Virus record (IMG/VR): IMGVR_UViG_3300037851_000538
Location: 1-64,000 of that record
Source: a virus
Strand: one strand, 5' to 3'
Length of the DNA: 64,000 bases
The first letter of the stretch is position 1; each line of letters opens with the position of its first letter. This document shows positions 8,895-18,241 of the stretch, piece after piece. A program made the translations under genes and the position numbers. Under the pieces are notes generated by a model, which was not told the DNA's origin, did not search any database, and saw only the letters and a list, made by a program, of their open reading frames with translations.

Positions 8895-11059
8895 TTCGCG
8901 TCGGCCCAGTTGGTCACGATCTTCAGGTCTGCTGGGATTGGAACCACTAAGGCCTCTTCAGGGTAGAACGGATGCTCCATATGCTCCTTGATGATAGGAG
9001 CGGCCCTGTCCGCGTGCTCCTTTGGAACCTCGAAGACCAACTCGTCATGAACCTGATTGATAAGCTCCACTCCCAACATAGTCAGCTCCATATTATCCCC
9101 TATTCTCAACATAGCGGCTTTTATTATATCAGCCGCGCTGCCCTGTATAGTTGCGTTGACCGCCTGCCTTTTAGCTTCAGCAGCATTGGGTCCTGTGCCG
9201 TCGATGTCTTCTAGACGACGAAGACGCCCAGTGAGCGTTCGGACGTACCCAAACGGCTTTGTATGCCCTGATTTGGACATGAGACGGGCCCCGGGATATC
9301 GGGGGTCCACGTCGAAATCCCAGTCCTGTCTCAGAAGCTCCATTCTGCATTGAAGAGGGGTCTCTTCCATGTACTGCTTCACTTTTGGAAAGACCTTGAA
9401 GTAGTCCTCTATTTTGATGGCTGCGTAGGCGTATCTACCTACTAGCTCCACGGACTTTTCTTCTGTTAGCAGGGGGTTATTTTTCATGAGACGGGTGGCC
9501 TTACGTTCCAACTCACGTCCAGACATCTGCCTTACCTGGTTTTTCCAGTCCTCTTCACTGATCTGAATCTGCTCAGAGATGGTTGGTGGTCCTGCCCCGT
9601 AGATGATACCGAACCCGACTGCCTTGTTATCCTGTCTAAGAGTCTTTAGCCATTTCTGACGAGCGTCCGGCTGCTTGGCTTTTTTGGCCGCCACTACCTC
9701 CTCGTACATAACTCCGGGGGTCATCTTGGACACGGTAAAGGAGTGAAGATCCTTGCCGTCATTGATGGCTCCGAGCATGTTTTCGTCCCCTGCCCGGTCT
9801 GCCATGATCCTCATCTCTATCTGCTCATAGTCGGCAACGATATACACGTACCCTTCTCGTGGAATGAACGATCGGCGGATCCCCCACTCGTCATTGTCGG
9901 GCCTCGGCATATTGGTGCTGTTTGGGTCTTTTGAAGATAGACGTCCCGTTCGAGCACCGAGCTGGTTGAACGTTGGGTGTATTCTTTTGTCAGGATAGTA
10001 GTCGGCCAGAGCTATCAAGGAGTCCATATAGGTGCCCTTGATTTTTCCGAGATGCCTGCACTCCAGCACGTCTTTAGCTACTTCAACTCCGGCTTCAGCA
10101 AGGGCATTCATTACCTCCTCATCTACGGACGGAGCCCCCTTACCCGTTACTTTTATCGGAGTGAGACCCAGACCTGTTTCTGAGAAGAAGTACTTTGCTA
10201 GCTGAGAAGGGGAGTTTAGGTTTATGGGCTCTCCTACAGTCTTGAAAACTTTTCTTTCTAGCTCGGCCATCTTGGCCTCAATAGGCTTGACCTGAGACTT
10301 TAGATACGGGACGTCTATACCCATCCCTATACGTTCCATGATCCACAGTCGTTTAGTGTACGGGACCTCTGTCTTGTAGAAGTAGTCCCACAAGGTGCGG
10401 TTTCCTATAGGTACCATCTTGGTCTTCTCTATTAGCCATTCGACAAGTCGCAGGTGTGCGTAAGCATCCAAGGACGCATAGTCAGCGACCCTATCTCTGT
10501 GCCCTAGCTCTACGAGCTCTACTAGACTTGTCTCGTACTCTTTAGCTTTCTTACCTTTAGAGTCCCTAACCCCGTCAAATAGGGACAGGTAACTGGTCAT
10601 GTTTATCCCTATCCAATCTGGGGCGCAGGATTTGAGTCCGTGGCTGTGTCTGTTTTCGTCGTGTGTCTGGGCCAGAGCGACGCCGTCTATGACGGCCCCA
10701 CATTGAAATATATCTATGCCGCAGTTCCAGCTGACATGAGCATCATACTTCGCATTCCATCCGGCAAGTCGTGTCTTAGGGTTTTCCAGTAAAGGGGAGA
10801 AGAGTTGAAGATGCTCTACCGGAAGACACCACCGTCCGTACTCTCCGTTGTGCTTGAAGGACAACGACCAGTAGGTAACGGTATCCGTAAAAGCATCTAG
10901 CGGAGCAGACTTGATGGGTATCTTCTTGCCCTTTGTTTCTGTGTCGTACCCAATCAGATTGTCCGGGTCATTAACAACGTCTAAAGCCTTCTTCAGTAGT
11001 TGCTTAGCCTGTTCTTGCGTTTCTACGTATTCAGAACGCGGAACACTTACGTCGTACAT
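8891..11059 (-). CDS. polA: Family A DNA polymerase (3'-5' exo + pol, no 5'-3' exo)
   Basis: YDTET exoI, NAKYD exoII, YASLDA exoIII, TGRLSS, ADYEQIEMRI motif A, RQDNKAVGFGIIYG motif B, QVHDELVFE motif C. Confidence 0.95.
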   Translation of the reverse strand: MYDVSVPRSEYVETQEQAKQLLKKALDVVNDPDNLIGYDTETKGKKIPIKSAPLDAFTDTVTYWSLSFKHNGEYGRWCLPVEHLQLFSPLLENPKTRLAGWNAKYDAHVSWNCGIDIFQCGAVIDGVALAQTHDENRHSHGLKSCAPDWIGINMTSYLSLFDGVRDSKGKKAKEYETSLVELVELGHRDRVADYASLDAYAHLRLVEWLIEKTKMVPIGNRTLWDYFYKTEVPYTKRLWIMERIGMGIDVPYLKSQVKPIEAKMAELERKVFKTVGEPINLNSPSQLAKYFFSETGLGLTPIKVTGKGAPSVDEEVMNALAEAGVEVAKDVLECRHLGKIKGTYMDSLIALADYYPDKRIHPTFNQLGARTGRLSSKDPNSTNMPRPDNDEWGIRRSFIPREGYVYIVADYEQIEMRIMADRAGDENMLGAINDGKDLHSFTVSKMTPGVMYEEVVAAKKAKQPDARQKWLKTLRQDNKAVGFGIIYGAGPPTISEQIQISEEDWKNQVRQMSGRELERKATRLMKNNPLLTEEKSVELVGRYAYAAIKIEDYFKVFPKVKQYMEETPLQCRMELLRQDWDFDVDPRYPGARLMSKSGHTKPFGYVRTLTGRLRRLEDIDGTGPNAAEAKRQAVNATIQGSAADIIKAAMLRIGDNMELTMLGVELINQVHDELVFEVPKEHADRAAPIIKEHMEHPFYPEEALVVPIPADLKIVTNWADAK

Positions 11060-11078
11060 CGTTACCTCTGATAGGGGG

Positions 11079-11109
11079 CCCGATGAGGCTCGCGGAGAGC
11101 CTCATCGGG
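11079..11109. terminator. 13-bp stem-loop between the SSB-like gene and pol
   Basis: CCCGATGAGGCTC-gcgga-GAGCCTCATCGGG perfect inverted repeat; no U-tract, so it may be an mRNA stabiliser/attenuator. Confidence 0.5.
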
Positions 11110-11121
11110 AGTGCCTAGGTA

Positions 11122-12393
11122 CTAGAACGGAATGCTATCGTCATCGACGGGGGGACTTTGGTTGAGCCCTCGAGGACGAAGGAGAGTGCGCTGACTCCTA
11201 TCCTCCTCTTCTTTAGGATCTTCTTCAGTGTGGGCGCCGTATTGGGCGTATCCCGAGGACTTTACGCTGTCAGAAAACGGATTAGCGATGCCCAAGGAGC
11301 TGGCTTCTTCCTCGGGTCCTAGTGGCGCCAGCAGTTGGTCCAAGTCAACAGGAGATGACATGAACTTTGCTCCGCGCTCCCCGTCCTCTTTTGACAACCC
11401 TTGGTGGGTAGGATCAAAGAGCCTGGGGTCTGGAGGTTGAATTCGGATGTCGTCAATCCGAAGCTCTTTGTTCTTGCCTGAAGGGCTGGCCACTAGGCTG
11501 ACGCGCATTTGGCAGTCGTAAATGCTGTGCGGGATACCCGAGCACTTTTCGGTGGAACACACCTGTACTGGAACCGGATAACCCTTATGCTTGCATTTAC
11601 CGCAGATGACCTCCTCACTAACCTCTTTGCGGATTTCTGGATTGTCTACCTCATAAACACTCCACACTGATTTGCATTTCTGGCAAACCGCTTCTGCGTT
11701 GTCCGGGTCAATACCGATATCTGTGCTACGGCACGAGAAGCAGCTGTTGGTTACGTCAACGAGCTGGTTCTTGCACTTTTCGCACTCGTAGTGGGTGGTG
11801 TAGATGAACCCGCCACATTTGCACGTACTGGAGACCTTTTCTTGGATCCCGTAAACGGTCTGGTTCCAGTGGGACATTGAGATGTCCAGGTACACCTTTC
11901 GACCGAACACTTTTGGTACGCGATTAGCACAGTGCGGACACCCTCTTTTGGTGCAGCGCTCGCGTTCCTTGTACGTCCCGTCTCCGGTGTTGGCCTTCTT
12001 TTCTACGAGGTGGAACTCCTCCTCAATCCAAGCGGCCGTAGAATAGTAGATCTGAGGACGAAGGTCCTTGAACTTTTTGATCGGGGATATGTCCATACCG
12101 AACTTGGCCGGATTCCTGTAGACGTCGATGATGCATTTATCCCCGACCTCCAAGAACGTGCCTTTCTTGTTTGGACCTCCCCAAGGAACCCAGTACCGGC
12201 ACCCAGCCCGGAAGGGGAATTCTTCTCCCGACGGGTGCCTATACATCTTCTCTGGTAGCATGAGGTGGATCCTGGTAGGTGTCTCGTCCAGTTTCCACAT
12301 TAACCCATAGCGACGATTTCTGGAGCTGCTCATAGTGGATCGACGCTGAGAGTCGTCATGCTGAGCCTTTTTCCAACTTCTTGAAAAACTCAT
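11122..12393 (-). CDS. Putative single-stranded DNA-binding protein with multiple Zn ribbons
   Basis: Located between primase and pol; C-terminus PVDDDSIPF resembles the bacterial SSB tail; about 7 Cys pairs. Confidence 0.6.
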   Translation of the reverse strand: MSFSRSWKKAQHDDSQRRSTMSSSRNRRYGLMWKLDETPTRIHLMLPEKMYRHPSGEEFPFRAGCRYWVPWGGPNKKGTFLEVGDKCIIDVYRNPAKFGMDISPIKKFKDLRPQIYYSTAAWIEEEFHLVEKKANTGDGTYKERERCTKRGCPHCANRVPKVFGRKVYLDISMSHWNQTVYGIQEKVSSTCKCGGFIYTTHYECEKCKNQLVDVTNSCFSCRSTDIGIDPDNAEAVCQKCKSVWSVYEVDNPEIRKEVSEEVICGKCKHKGYPVPVQVCSTEKCSGIPHSIYDCQMRVSLVASPSGKNKELRIDDIRIQPPDPRLFDPTHQGLSKEDGERGAKFMSSPVDLDQLLAPLGPEEEASSLGIANPFSDSVKSSGYAQYGAHTEEDPKEEEDRSQRTLLRPRGLNQSPPVDDDSIPF

Positions 12394-13402
12394 GCTTTCT
12401 TCCTACAAACTGTTTTGATCCCCGGAACATTTCTTCTAGTTCCTCACGGGATAAGTTATCTGGCTGCGTGGACTCGTCGCAGTAGTCTGGGTACTTGACC
12501 TCATAGACGGGAAACGACGAAGAAGAAAGCCGACGACACCACATCTTGGAAGCCTCTCTTCCGGGATTGTTGTTGTCGGCCAAGACGAATACCTCAGCCC
12601 CAAACCGTCTTATAATTCTTTCTTGGGCTTGGCTCATGCTAGTGCCCATAATCGCGACGGTGTGGTACCAGCCGTTCTGGACAAGCCAAAGGGCCGCCTT
12701 AAATCCTTCTACGACGATTAACTGGTCCCAGGACCCCTCGAGGAGGTCATTAGACACGAAGTTGCCTCGCCACAGGTGGTCTCGTACTGACTCGTTGCTG
12801 TAGTCCGGATACCACTCTCCTAGCTCTCGGTAGTCTTCCTTCCCGTTTACTAGCCTCCTTCCACTGTAGAAGAGGTACTTGGGCATATCTCCCGGTAGCG
12901 TCGCTCGGCCGCTTATGCCTACCAGATTTCCGAACATGTCCCTTACCGGAAAAGTTATCCTCGAGTACCTACGGTCAAACCCTATGTCGTGTTCTCGAAG
13001 CAATCTCTCGCTGAACCCGGAATTTTTCAAGTCCATTGGGAGAAAGTCGAAAACCCCAAGTAAAGACTCGGGCAGTATATGCGTTCCACGAAATTCTGCT
13101 CGAGCCTTTTTGGTCCGAGCCGCTTTTTGTACGAATTCTCTTTCCTTGTCTTCTTTGGACGCCTCCTCAATGACATCTTCAAGGGCTCGATTCTTTACTC
13201 CGAGCTCTCGCAGAAGCTGTTTGAGGTCTCGTCCTTTGGAGGAACAAGCGAAGCATCCCCAAGCTCCAGTCCTCTTGTTTACCCAAAAGGAGGGATGCTG
13301 TTCTTTACCGCCTTTATGGAACGGACAGGCGGCAGAGATGAACTCGTCTTTTGAGCGGACACGTTCCAGATACTTTTCTGCTATCTGGTCGGCAACACTC
13401 AT
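12356..13402 (-). CDS. dnaG: DnaG-type primase
   Basis: CPFH...CFAC CHC2 zinc finger; RITFPVRD..GNLVGISGR, PKYL, TOPRIM VVEGFKAA and LADNN..G. Confidence 0.9.
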   Translation of the reverse strand: MSVADQIAEKYLERVRSKDEFISAACPFHKGGKEQHPSFWVNKRTGAWGCFACSSKGRDLKQLLRELGVKNRALEDVIEEASKEDKEREFVQKAARTKKARAEFRGTHILPESLLGVFDFLPMDLKNSGFSERLLREHDIGFDRRYSRITFPVRDMFGNLVGISGRATLPGDMPKYLFYSGRRLVNGKEDYRELGEWYPDYSNESVRDHLWRGNFVSNDLLEGSWDQLIVVEGFKAALWLVQNGWYHTVAIMGTSMSQAQERIIRRFGAEVFVLADNNNPGREASKMWCRRLSSSSFPVYEVKYPDYCDESTQPDNLSREELEEMFRGSKQFVGRKHEFFKKLEKGSA

Positions 13403-15798
13403 CAGTTACTCTTAAGGTATTGCCTGAACGCGTTCTTATTGAACTTCCCGTCTGCCTCCTTTTCAGGACGAGGAGCCGCTTTTAGGGGCTTAGGCTCCTC
13501 GTCCTCTTTAAGCCACTGAGATATTTCCTGGGTGGAGTAGTCTGAGCTGATTAGGGAGAAGTTGTACCCAGGCACGGCATGAACCGTAAGGGCTTCTAGA
13601 ACACCCTCTCTGTTACCTCCCAAGACAATGGCTAGCTCTGCTCCTACACGAGGGGCGTCGTCTTCTGTAGTAGGAGCTCTAGATTCCAAGACAATTTCTG
13701 GCCCCTTCTTTCTGAATACCCGAGGAGATGGGGCGACTGGCTCTGGATTGTCTTTAACCACCTCGTACTCGTCCTCGTACAACTCCTTGCCTCTCCTTTT
13801 TAGTATTCTCATAATCAAGTCGGCTTCTCGACCAAGAACGTCAGTATCCGCCAGGTCCGCTAGGGTATTCCCGTGGGTCTTTTCTCCTAGACGGTTGGCC
13901 TGGTGTACAGCCACGAAGGGAATGTCATTGTCCTGTGCCATTGCCTTGATTATCTCGGATAGCTTTGCCAGGCGTTCCCACCTCTGCATCTTGTTGGAGG
14001 CACCGGTGGGGTCCATGTGATAAAAGCTGTCCAGATAGACAATGCTCGGCTGATACTTGTCTATGACTACTTGAAGAGACGCGGTGTCTTTAGGGACGTT
14101 TCTGCCTGCTAGTAGAAGCATGTGCCTTCTTCCCTTAGACGCTCCTTCTCTCATCTCTTTTCCGTCTAGGTCGTCTTCTTGGTCTAGAAGGGTCTGTAGT
14201 ACATCAAACATTTCCTTTTCTTTTCTTGGAGGAAGACGACCCTTCTTGAATAGCTGGTAGTCCACTCTGGCCATTAGAGACGCAACTCGAAGACACAGAT
14301 CCTCCTTAGACATCTCTCTAGACCAGATCAGAACTCTACAGTTATTGACCATGTAGTCATGGACTGCGCAGTGCAAAGTCAGCCACGTGTTATGTACGAT
14401 GAACCCCTCTACGACGAAGTTGGGGTCTTGCCCATCCTCGATGCAGATGTCGTAGCACGGGACTTCCCCTATTGATGTTATGGACTCAATACGCTCCCAG
14501 ATTATGTCGTCATCTGGTCCCCGGTCTTTTTCTGAGGAAGGATCGCTGGACTGTAGAGATACGAGGTCCATTAGGGACAGGAGGAACTCTCTTTCTGCTT
14601 TTACCCAAGGAGTGTCTGTAATGTACCGTACAAGCCCTCCTAACTGGCAACACTGACGGACAACTACTCGGAACTCATTTTTACCGTTCTCGATATAACC
14701 CCTTACCCCGAACCTCATTAGAAAGTGCTGAATGTCGTAGGCCAGCTCTTCGTGAGGCATGACCCACACTGCTCTTCTTTCGGACATGCTGGCATCTACG
14801 TCCATCAGGCCCAGGAGATACTGCGCGATGGTGTATCTATCTGAGGAGAATAGACAGCGTAACACATCCTGCTTATACTGATGATTTCTTCCAAACCAGA
14901 AAGCGTAGTCGCAGGATAGAGTTTTTGTGACTGTCCAGTCAGGCAGCCTACGAGACGTGGCAACATAGTTCCCAGGTTTTAGATGCCGTATTCTTTTGTA
15001 TTTTCCTCCCGGGGTCATATACAGATGGTCTTCACTGGTCCTGAGCTTTAGACCGGACTCTGTCTTAACCTCCACGCACTCCTTGACGCCGCTTACTACC
15101 CTACGAGCCTTAGCTACGCGAATCTTCCCGTTGCTGGCCGTGTAGGAGGGCACCCAAGTAACCTCGTCTAGTTTTTCTATGGGCTCTAAGAGTCCGGAGG
15201 GGGTCATTATCTTCTGACCTGCGCACACGCATTTCATGCTCTTCATTCGAGCATAAAAGACTATCAAGTTACCCTTTCTTTTTCCCAGAGTGTCGTGGGT
15301 CAGGCAGTCCCACGGCCAGGGTATTCCATACACTGCGCCGCTCTTAGCATTTGCATAGTGCTCCTTGGCGTACTTCACCACGTCTTTTATGGTGTACTCT
15401 TCAGACTTCTCGGCTTTGGATAGCAGCTCGTTAATCTTGTCCCGCATCTTTCGGATAGCGTCGCAAGATGTATCGAAAGTAACCAGCTCCTCAAATTCGG
15501 CCGCAATCCTTTTAGCGTCCAGGTCCAATGACCTAGACCGCAGGTCTTCGATAAGAGCGGTTAGAGCCTCTCTCCCCTCCCCCGTCGGCTGAAAGGACGG
15601 CCACTTTCTTTGTATGGACTCTAGCGTTGGGATAGTTCGGAACGTGTTCTGGTTGTACCAGTGCTGGTTGAAGAACCTCCAAATCTGCCGAGATTCTATG
15701 TCCTCGAAGTAGTCTTCCTTTAGACCTGCTACGAGTGCTGGATGCAGCGTCCCTTCCTTAAGAATCTTTGTTAGGATTCGGTACTCTAGGTTAGACAT
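13402..15798 (-). CDS. dnaB: DnaB-like replicative helicase containing an intein
   Basis: GIPWPW..L...TLG, Walker A YARMKSMK|T after splicing, SREMS, VYLDSFY, VHQANR, EADLI. Confidence 0.88.
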   Translation of the reverse strand: MSNLEYRILTKILKEGTLHPALVAGLKEDYFEDIESRQIWRFFNQHWYNQNTFRTIPTLESIQRKWPSFQPTGEGREALTALIEDLRSRSLDLDAKRIAAEFEELVTFDTSCDAIRKMRDKINELLSKAEKSEEYTIKDVVKYAKEHYANAKSGAVYGIPWPWDCLTHDTLGKRKGNLIVFYARMKSMKCVCAGQKIMTPSGLLEPIEKLDEVTWVPSYTASNGKIRVAKARRVVSGVKECVEVKTESGLKLRTSEDHLYMTPGGKYKRIRHLKPGNYVATSRRLPDWTVTKTLSCDYAFWFGRNHQYKQDVLRCLFSSDRYTIAQYLLGLMDVDASMSERRAVWVMPHEELAYDIQHFLMRFGVRGYIENGKNEFRVVVRQCCQLGGLVRYITDTPWVKAEREFLLSLMDLVSLQSSDPSSEKDRGPDDDIIWERIESITSIGEVPCYDICIEDGQDPNFVVEGFIVHNTWLTLHCAVHDYMVNNCRVLIWSREMSKEDLCLRVASLMARVDYQLFKKGRLPPRKEKEMFDVLQTLLDQEDDLDGKEMREGASKGRRHMLLLAGRNVPKDTASLQVVIDKYQPSIVYLDSFYHMDPTGASNKMQRWERLAKLSEIIKAMAQDNDIPFVAVHQANRLGEKTHGNTLADLADTDVLGREADLIMRILKRRGKELYEDEYEVVKDNPEPVAPSPRVFRKKGPEIVLESRAPTTEDDAPRVGAELAIVLGGNREGVLEALTVHAVPGYNFSLISSDYSTQEISQWLKEDEEPKPLKAAPRPEKEADGKFNKNAFRQYLKSN
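14389..15231 (-). mobile_element. Intein (281 aa) in DnaB P-loop with degenerate LAGLIDADG remnant
   Basis: Starts CVCAGQKIMT; block B LRTSEDHLY; ends CYDICI...NFVVEGFIVHN followed by +1 Thr; YLLGLMDVDA remnant. Confidence 0.92.
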
Positions 15799-16146
15799 TT
15801 ACAGTCCTCCAAGATAACGAGCACGAACTCCTTGCGATGTTTCTGCCTGGGCATAGGAACCTGGGTCTGTATCACTTCTTTCCGTACTCTCTTCTCCAAA
15901 GAAGGCTCTTCCGAAGTCTTCTTCTGCACTCTTGAGGAAGTTCAGAAGAGCCTCTTTGGTTTTTGAGCTGAACATTGTGGATAGCATCGGGCAGGTTCCG
16001 TAGGTTATCCCGGTGCTTTTGTTGGAATACACTGCGACTAGTTCAGCCACCGGCTCCGGATCTAGTCCCGGAGAGAACCTTAGCTTCCCTTCTACCACGC
16101 TAATAGAGTCTGCTCTGGGTATTCCAGAACCGGTCTTCGTATACAC
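15799..16146 (-). CDS. Hypothetical protein
   Basis: 115-aa ORF abutting neighbours in the operon. Confidence 0.6.
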   Translation of the reverse strand: MYTKTGSGIPRADSISVVEGKLRFSPGLDPEPVAELVAVYSNKSTGITYGTCPMLSTMFSSKTKEALLNFLKSAEEDFGRAFFGEESTERSDTDPGSYAQAETSQGVRARYLGGL

Positions 16147-16148
16147 TA

Positions 16149-16652
16149 CTACCTCCTGAAAGACGGTCGGTTGATTACCTTGGCGGGTGTTTCTTGATCT
16201 TGAATAGCTGTTTTGCTGGATGGGCCTTTAGGAGGGAGACTTCCTTTTTTGGAGGAGTCTCTAAGGCCTTTCATAGTCTCTAGATCTTCTATAAGAAGAT
16301 CGTTAACAAACGCCCGCACTATGTCATGCGCTTTTCGGATGTGGTCTAGGCTGGTTCCACACGGAACCGACACGCTGACGAAGGCCTCGGCCTTTTGATA
16401 GTCTACAGTGCTGGACAAGGTTCCGCTTACGATGATGCGGGATTCCCCGTCACCAATGAACGGCTCTAGCTGTTCCACTAGCTCCTCCGGTATGGGGTCT
16501 GAAGATGTTTCTTCTTCCACGCGGCCGTTTTTGTATATCCTTCTGGCCGACGTGACTAGATGTTCTAGGGTAGGGTCTTCATACAGCACTAGAACCCCGC
16601 TACGATCTTTGGGCAAGTTACGGCCGCTGTAGACTCTGCTCGATCTTTCCAC
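16149..16652 (-). CDS. Hypothetical protein
   Basis: 167-aa ORF within the operon. Confidence 0.55.
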   Translation of the reverse strand: MERSSRVYSGRNLPKDRSGVLVLYEDPTLEHLVTSARRIYKNGRVEEETSSDPIPEELVEQLEPFIGDGESRIIVSGTLSSTVDYQKAEAFVSVSVPCGTSLDHIRKAHDIVRAFVNDLLIEDLETMKGLRDSSKKGSLPPKGPSSKTAIQDQETPAKVINRPSFRR

Positions 16653-17095
16653 GCGTTCTGGAAGTGGGAGCTCGCTTCGGGATTGGTAGAAAAATACTCC
16701 TGGGCTCGGTCAGACAAGACAATCTTTTCAACCGCACCCGCCTTGACCATCTCTTCAACCACCTTTCCGGCTTTCTTGTACTCAGCCAGAAGGTTCACGA
16801 ACTCGACAGGGTCGTATCCCGCACTTTTCCATTTGCGGACGCATTTGAACTCGCCCACAGATTCCTTAGACTCCTGCACAAGGCTGTGTGCTTCTTTGAT
16901 GCGCTCTTGAACCTCGTCCATCTGAGCCAGGATATTCAGAAAGGCCCGGTAGGCTTCTGGATATGACCTCTTAAACGATTCCTGCATGCTGTCCAGAAGC
17001 TGCTTTGCTTCCTGATACCGCTCTACCGCCTCCGAGGCGCGGTAAAGAGGTGATTCTTCACTGGATTCTTTGCGCTTGAATACCTTGGCGGTCAT
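16589..17095 (-). CDS. Hypothetical coiled-coil protein
   Basis: 168-aa ORF with AAAGGT RBS-like sequence; helical. Confidence 0.6.
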   Translation of the reverse strand: MTAKVFKRKESSEESPLYRASEAVERYQEAKQLLDSMQESFKRSYPEAYRAFLNILAQMDEVQERIKEAHSLVQESKESVGEFKCVRKWKSAGYDPVEFVNLLAEYKKAGKVVEEMVKAGAVEKIVLSDRAQEYFSTNPEASSHFQNAWKDRAESTAAVTCPKIVAGF

Positions 17096-17099
17096 GTCA

Positions 17100-17903
17100 C
17101 TACCTTTCCAAAGACTTGTAGTCTTTTTTAAGCTCCGCGATTCGCTTTCTTGCGTAGCGCAGGTCTTGGACCGTTAGTTCCCCAGGACCTCTGGGGTTGA
17201 ACTTTCTTGTTTTTTGGTTGAACTGGTCCACTCTACAGATGTACGCCGGGTGGTAAATTGGCATTACGTCGTAGGTTAGATGGTAGTCTTTTTTGTCGTC
17301 TCCTTTTCTGGGAAAGAACTTGCCCGGTATCTCAGCTCCCTTTCTTTCTCCCGTAACTTCAAAGGTAGGGGACGGAGAGCTGAATATCTTTCCATGCTCA
17401 GCCTCAATGCTAAAAGACCGCCCGCCGAGAAGGGCCGTTAAGGCGAACTTACCAACTGTGACGATGAGCAACGGGTCTACGATGTATATGACCTGGAACA
17501 GCCTTTCTATGCAGCAGTCTTTCTCGTTTCCATAAGGCTCTCTATTACCTGGAGGTCGGCATGCAACTACGTTGTCGATGAACACCTCGTCTCGGTCTTC
17601 TCCTCCGGACATGGGCCAAATGATATCGAACAACAAACTGCCGGATTCCCCAACGAAAGGCGTACCTATTTTGTCTTCGTGTTCTCCCGGACCTTCTCCG
17701 ACGAACATGATATCTGTCGCCACGTTACCGGTCCCGAACACTATGTTGGTTCTCTCCTCTCTAAGCGAGCACCTTTTACAGCCGCTCCAGCTGTCGTAAA
17801 GTTCTAGCAGCCGCTCTGTTTTCCATTCTGCTGACCAAGGTTCCACTACTGCACCACGATCCCTGCGTTTCTTGCTCGAGCTATCGACTCGTTCTTTTGG
17901 CAC
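17100..17903 (-). CDS. Family-4 uracil-DNA glycosylase
   Basis: CKRCSL Fe-S ligands, FVGEGPGEHED..GTPFVGESG, NVVACRPPGNREP, YHPAY. Confidence 0.92.
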   Translation of the reverse strand: MPKERVDSSSKKRRDRGAVVEPWSAEWKTERLLELYDSWSGCKRCSLREERTNIVFGTGNVATDIMFVGEGPGEHEDKIGTPFVGESGSLLFDIIWPMSGGEDRDEVFIDNVVACRPPGNREPYGNEKDCCIERLFQVIYIVDPLLIVTVGKFALTALLGGRSFSIEAEHGKIFSSPSPTFEVTGERKGAEIPGKFFPRKGDDKKDYHLTYDVMPIYHPAYICRVDQFNQKTRKFNPRGPGELTVQDLRYARKRIAELKKDYKSLER

Positions 17904-18241
17904 AGGGCGATAAGGTCAATGATCTTTTTGTAGATGTCTGGATCTACGTGCGGAAAATACCAAGACGAGGGGCGGATCCATAACCTCGGTATAGCGCTAG
18001 ACGCTACATCTATGGGAACGATTAGGGAGAACGATGACACAGACGTGCCAGAAGCTTTTTGCTCAGAAACTCGCACTTGTCCGATCAAACACCTAGCGTC
18101 GTCCAGCTCTATGCAGTCTTCCTCCTCCATATAGGAGAAGGCATCTACTACGTCTTCCGGAACGTTCCCAACGTACTTTTCTCCGCTTTGAGACGTGACT
18201 ACTACAAGATGGCTGGGGTCTATTGTCTTTGAAGAGTCCAT
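17846..18241 (-). CDS. Hypothetical protein (possible Sm/SH3-like fold)
   Basis: GGAGG RBS; VVVTSQSGEKYVG...IELDDARCL beta pattern. Confidence 0.55.
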   Translation of the reverse strand: MDSSKTIDPSHLVVVTSQSGEKYVGNVPEDVVDAFSYMEEEDCIELDDARCLIGQVRVSEQKASGTSVSSFSLIVPIDVASSAIPRLWIRPSSWYFPHVDPDIYKKIIDLIALCQKNESIARARNAGIVVQ

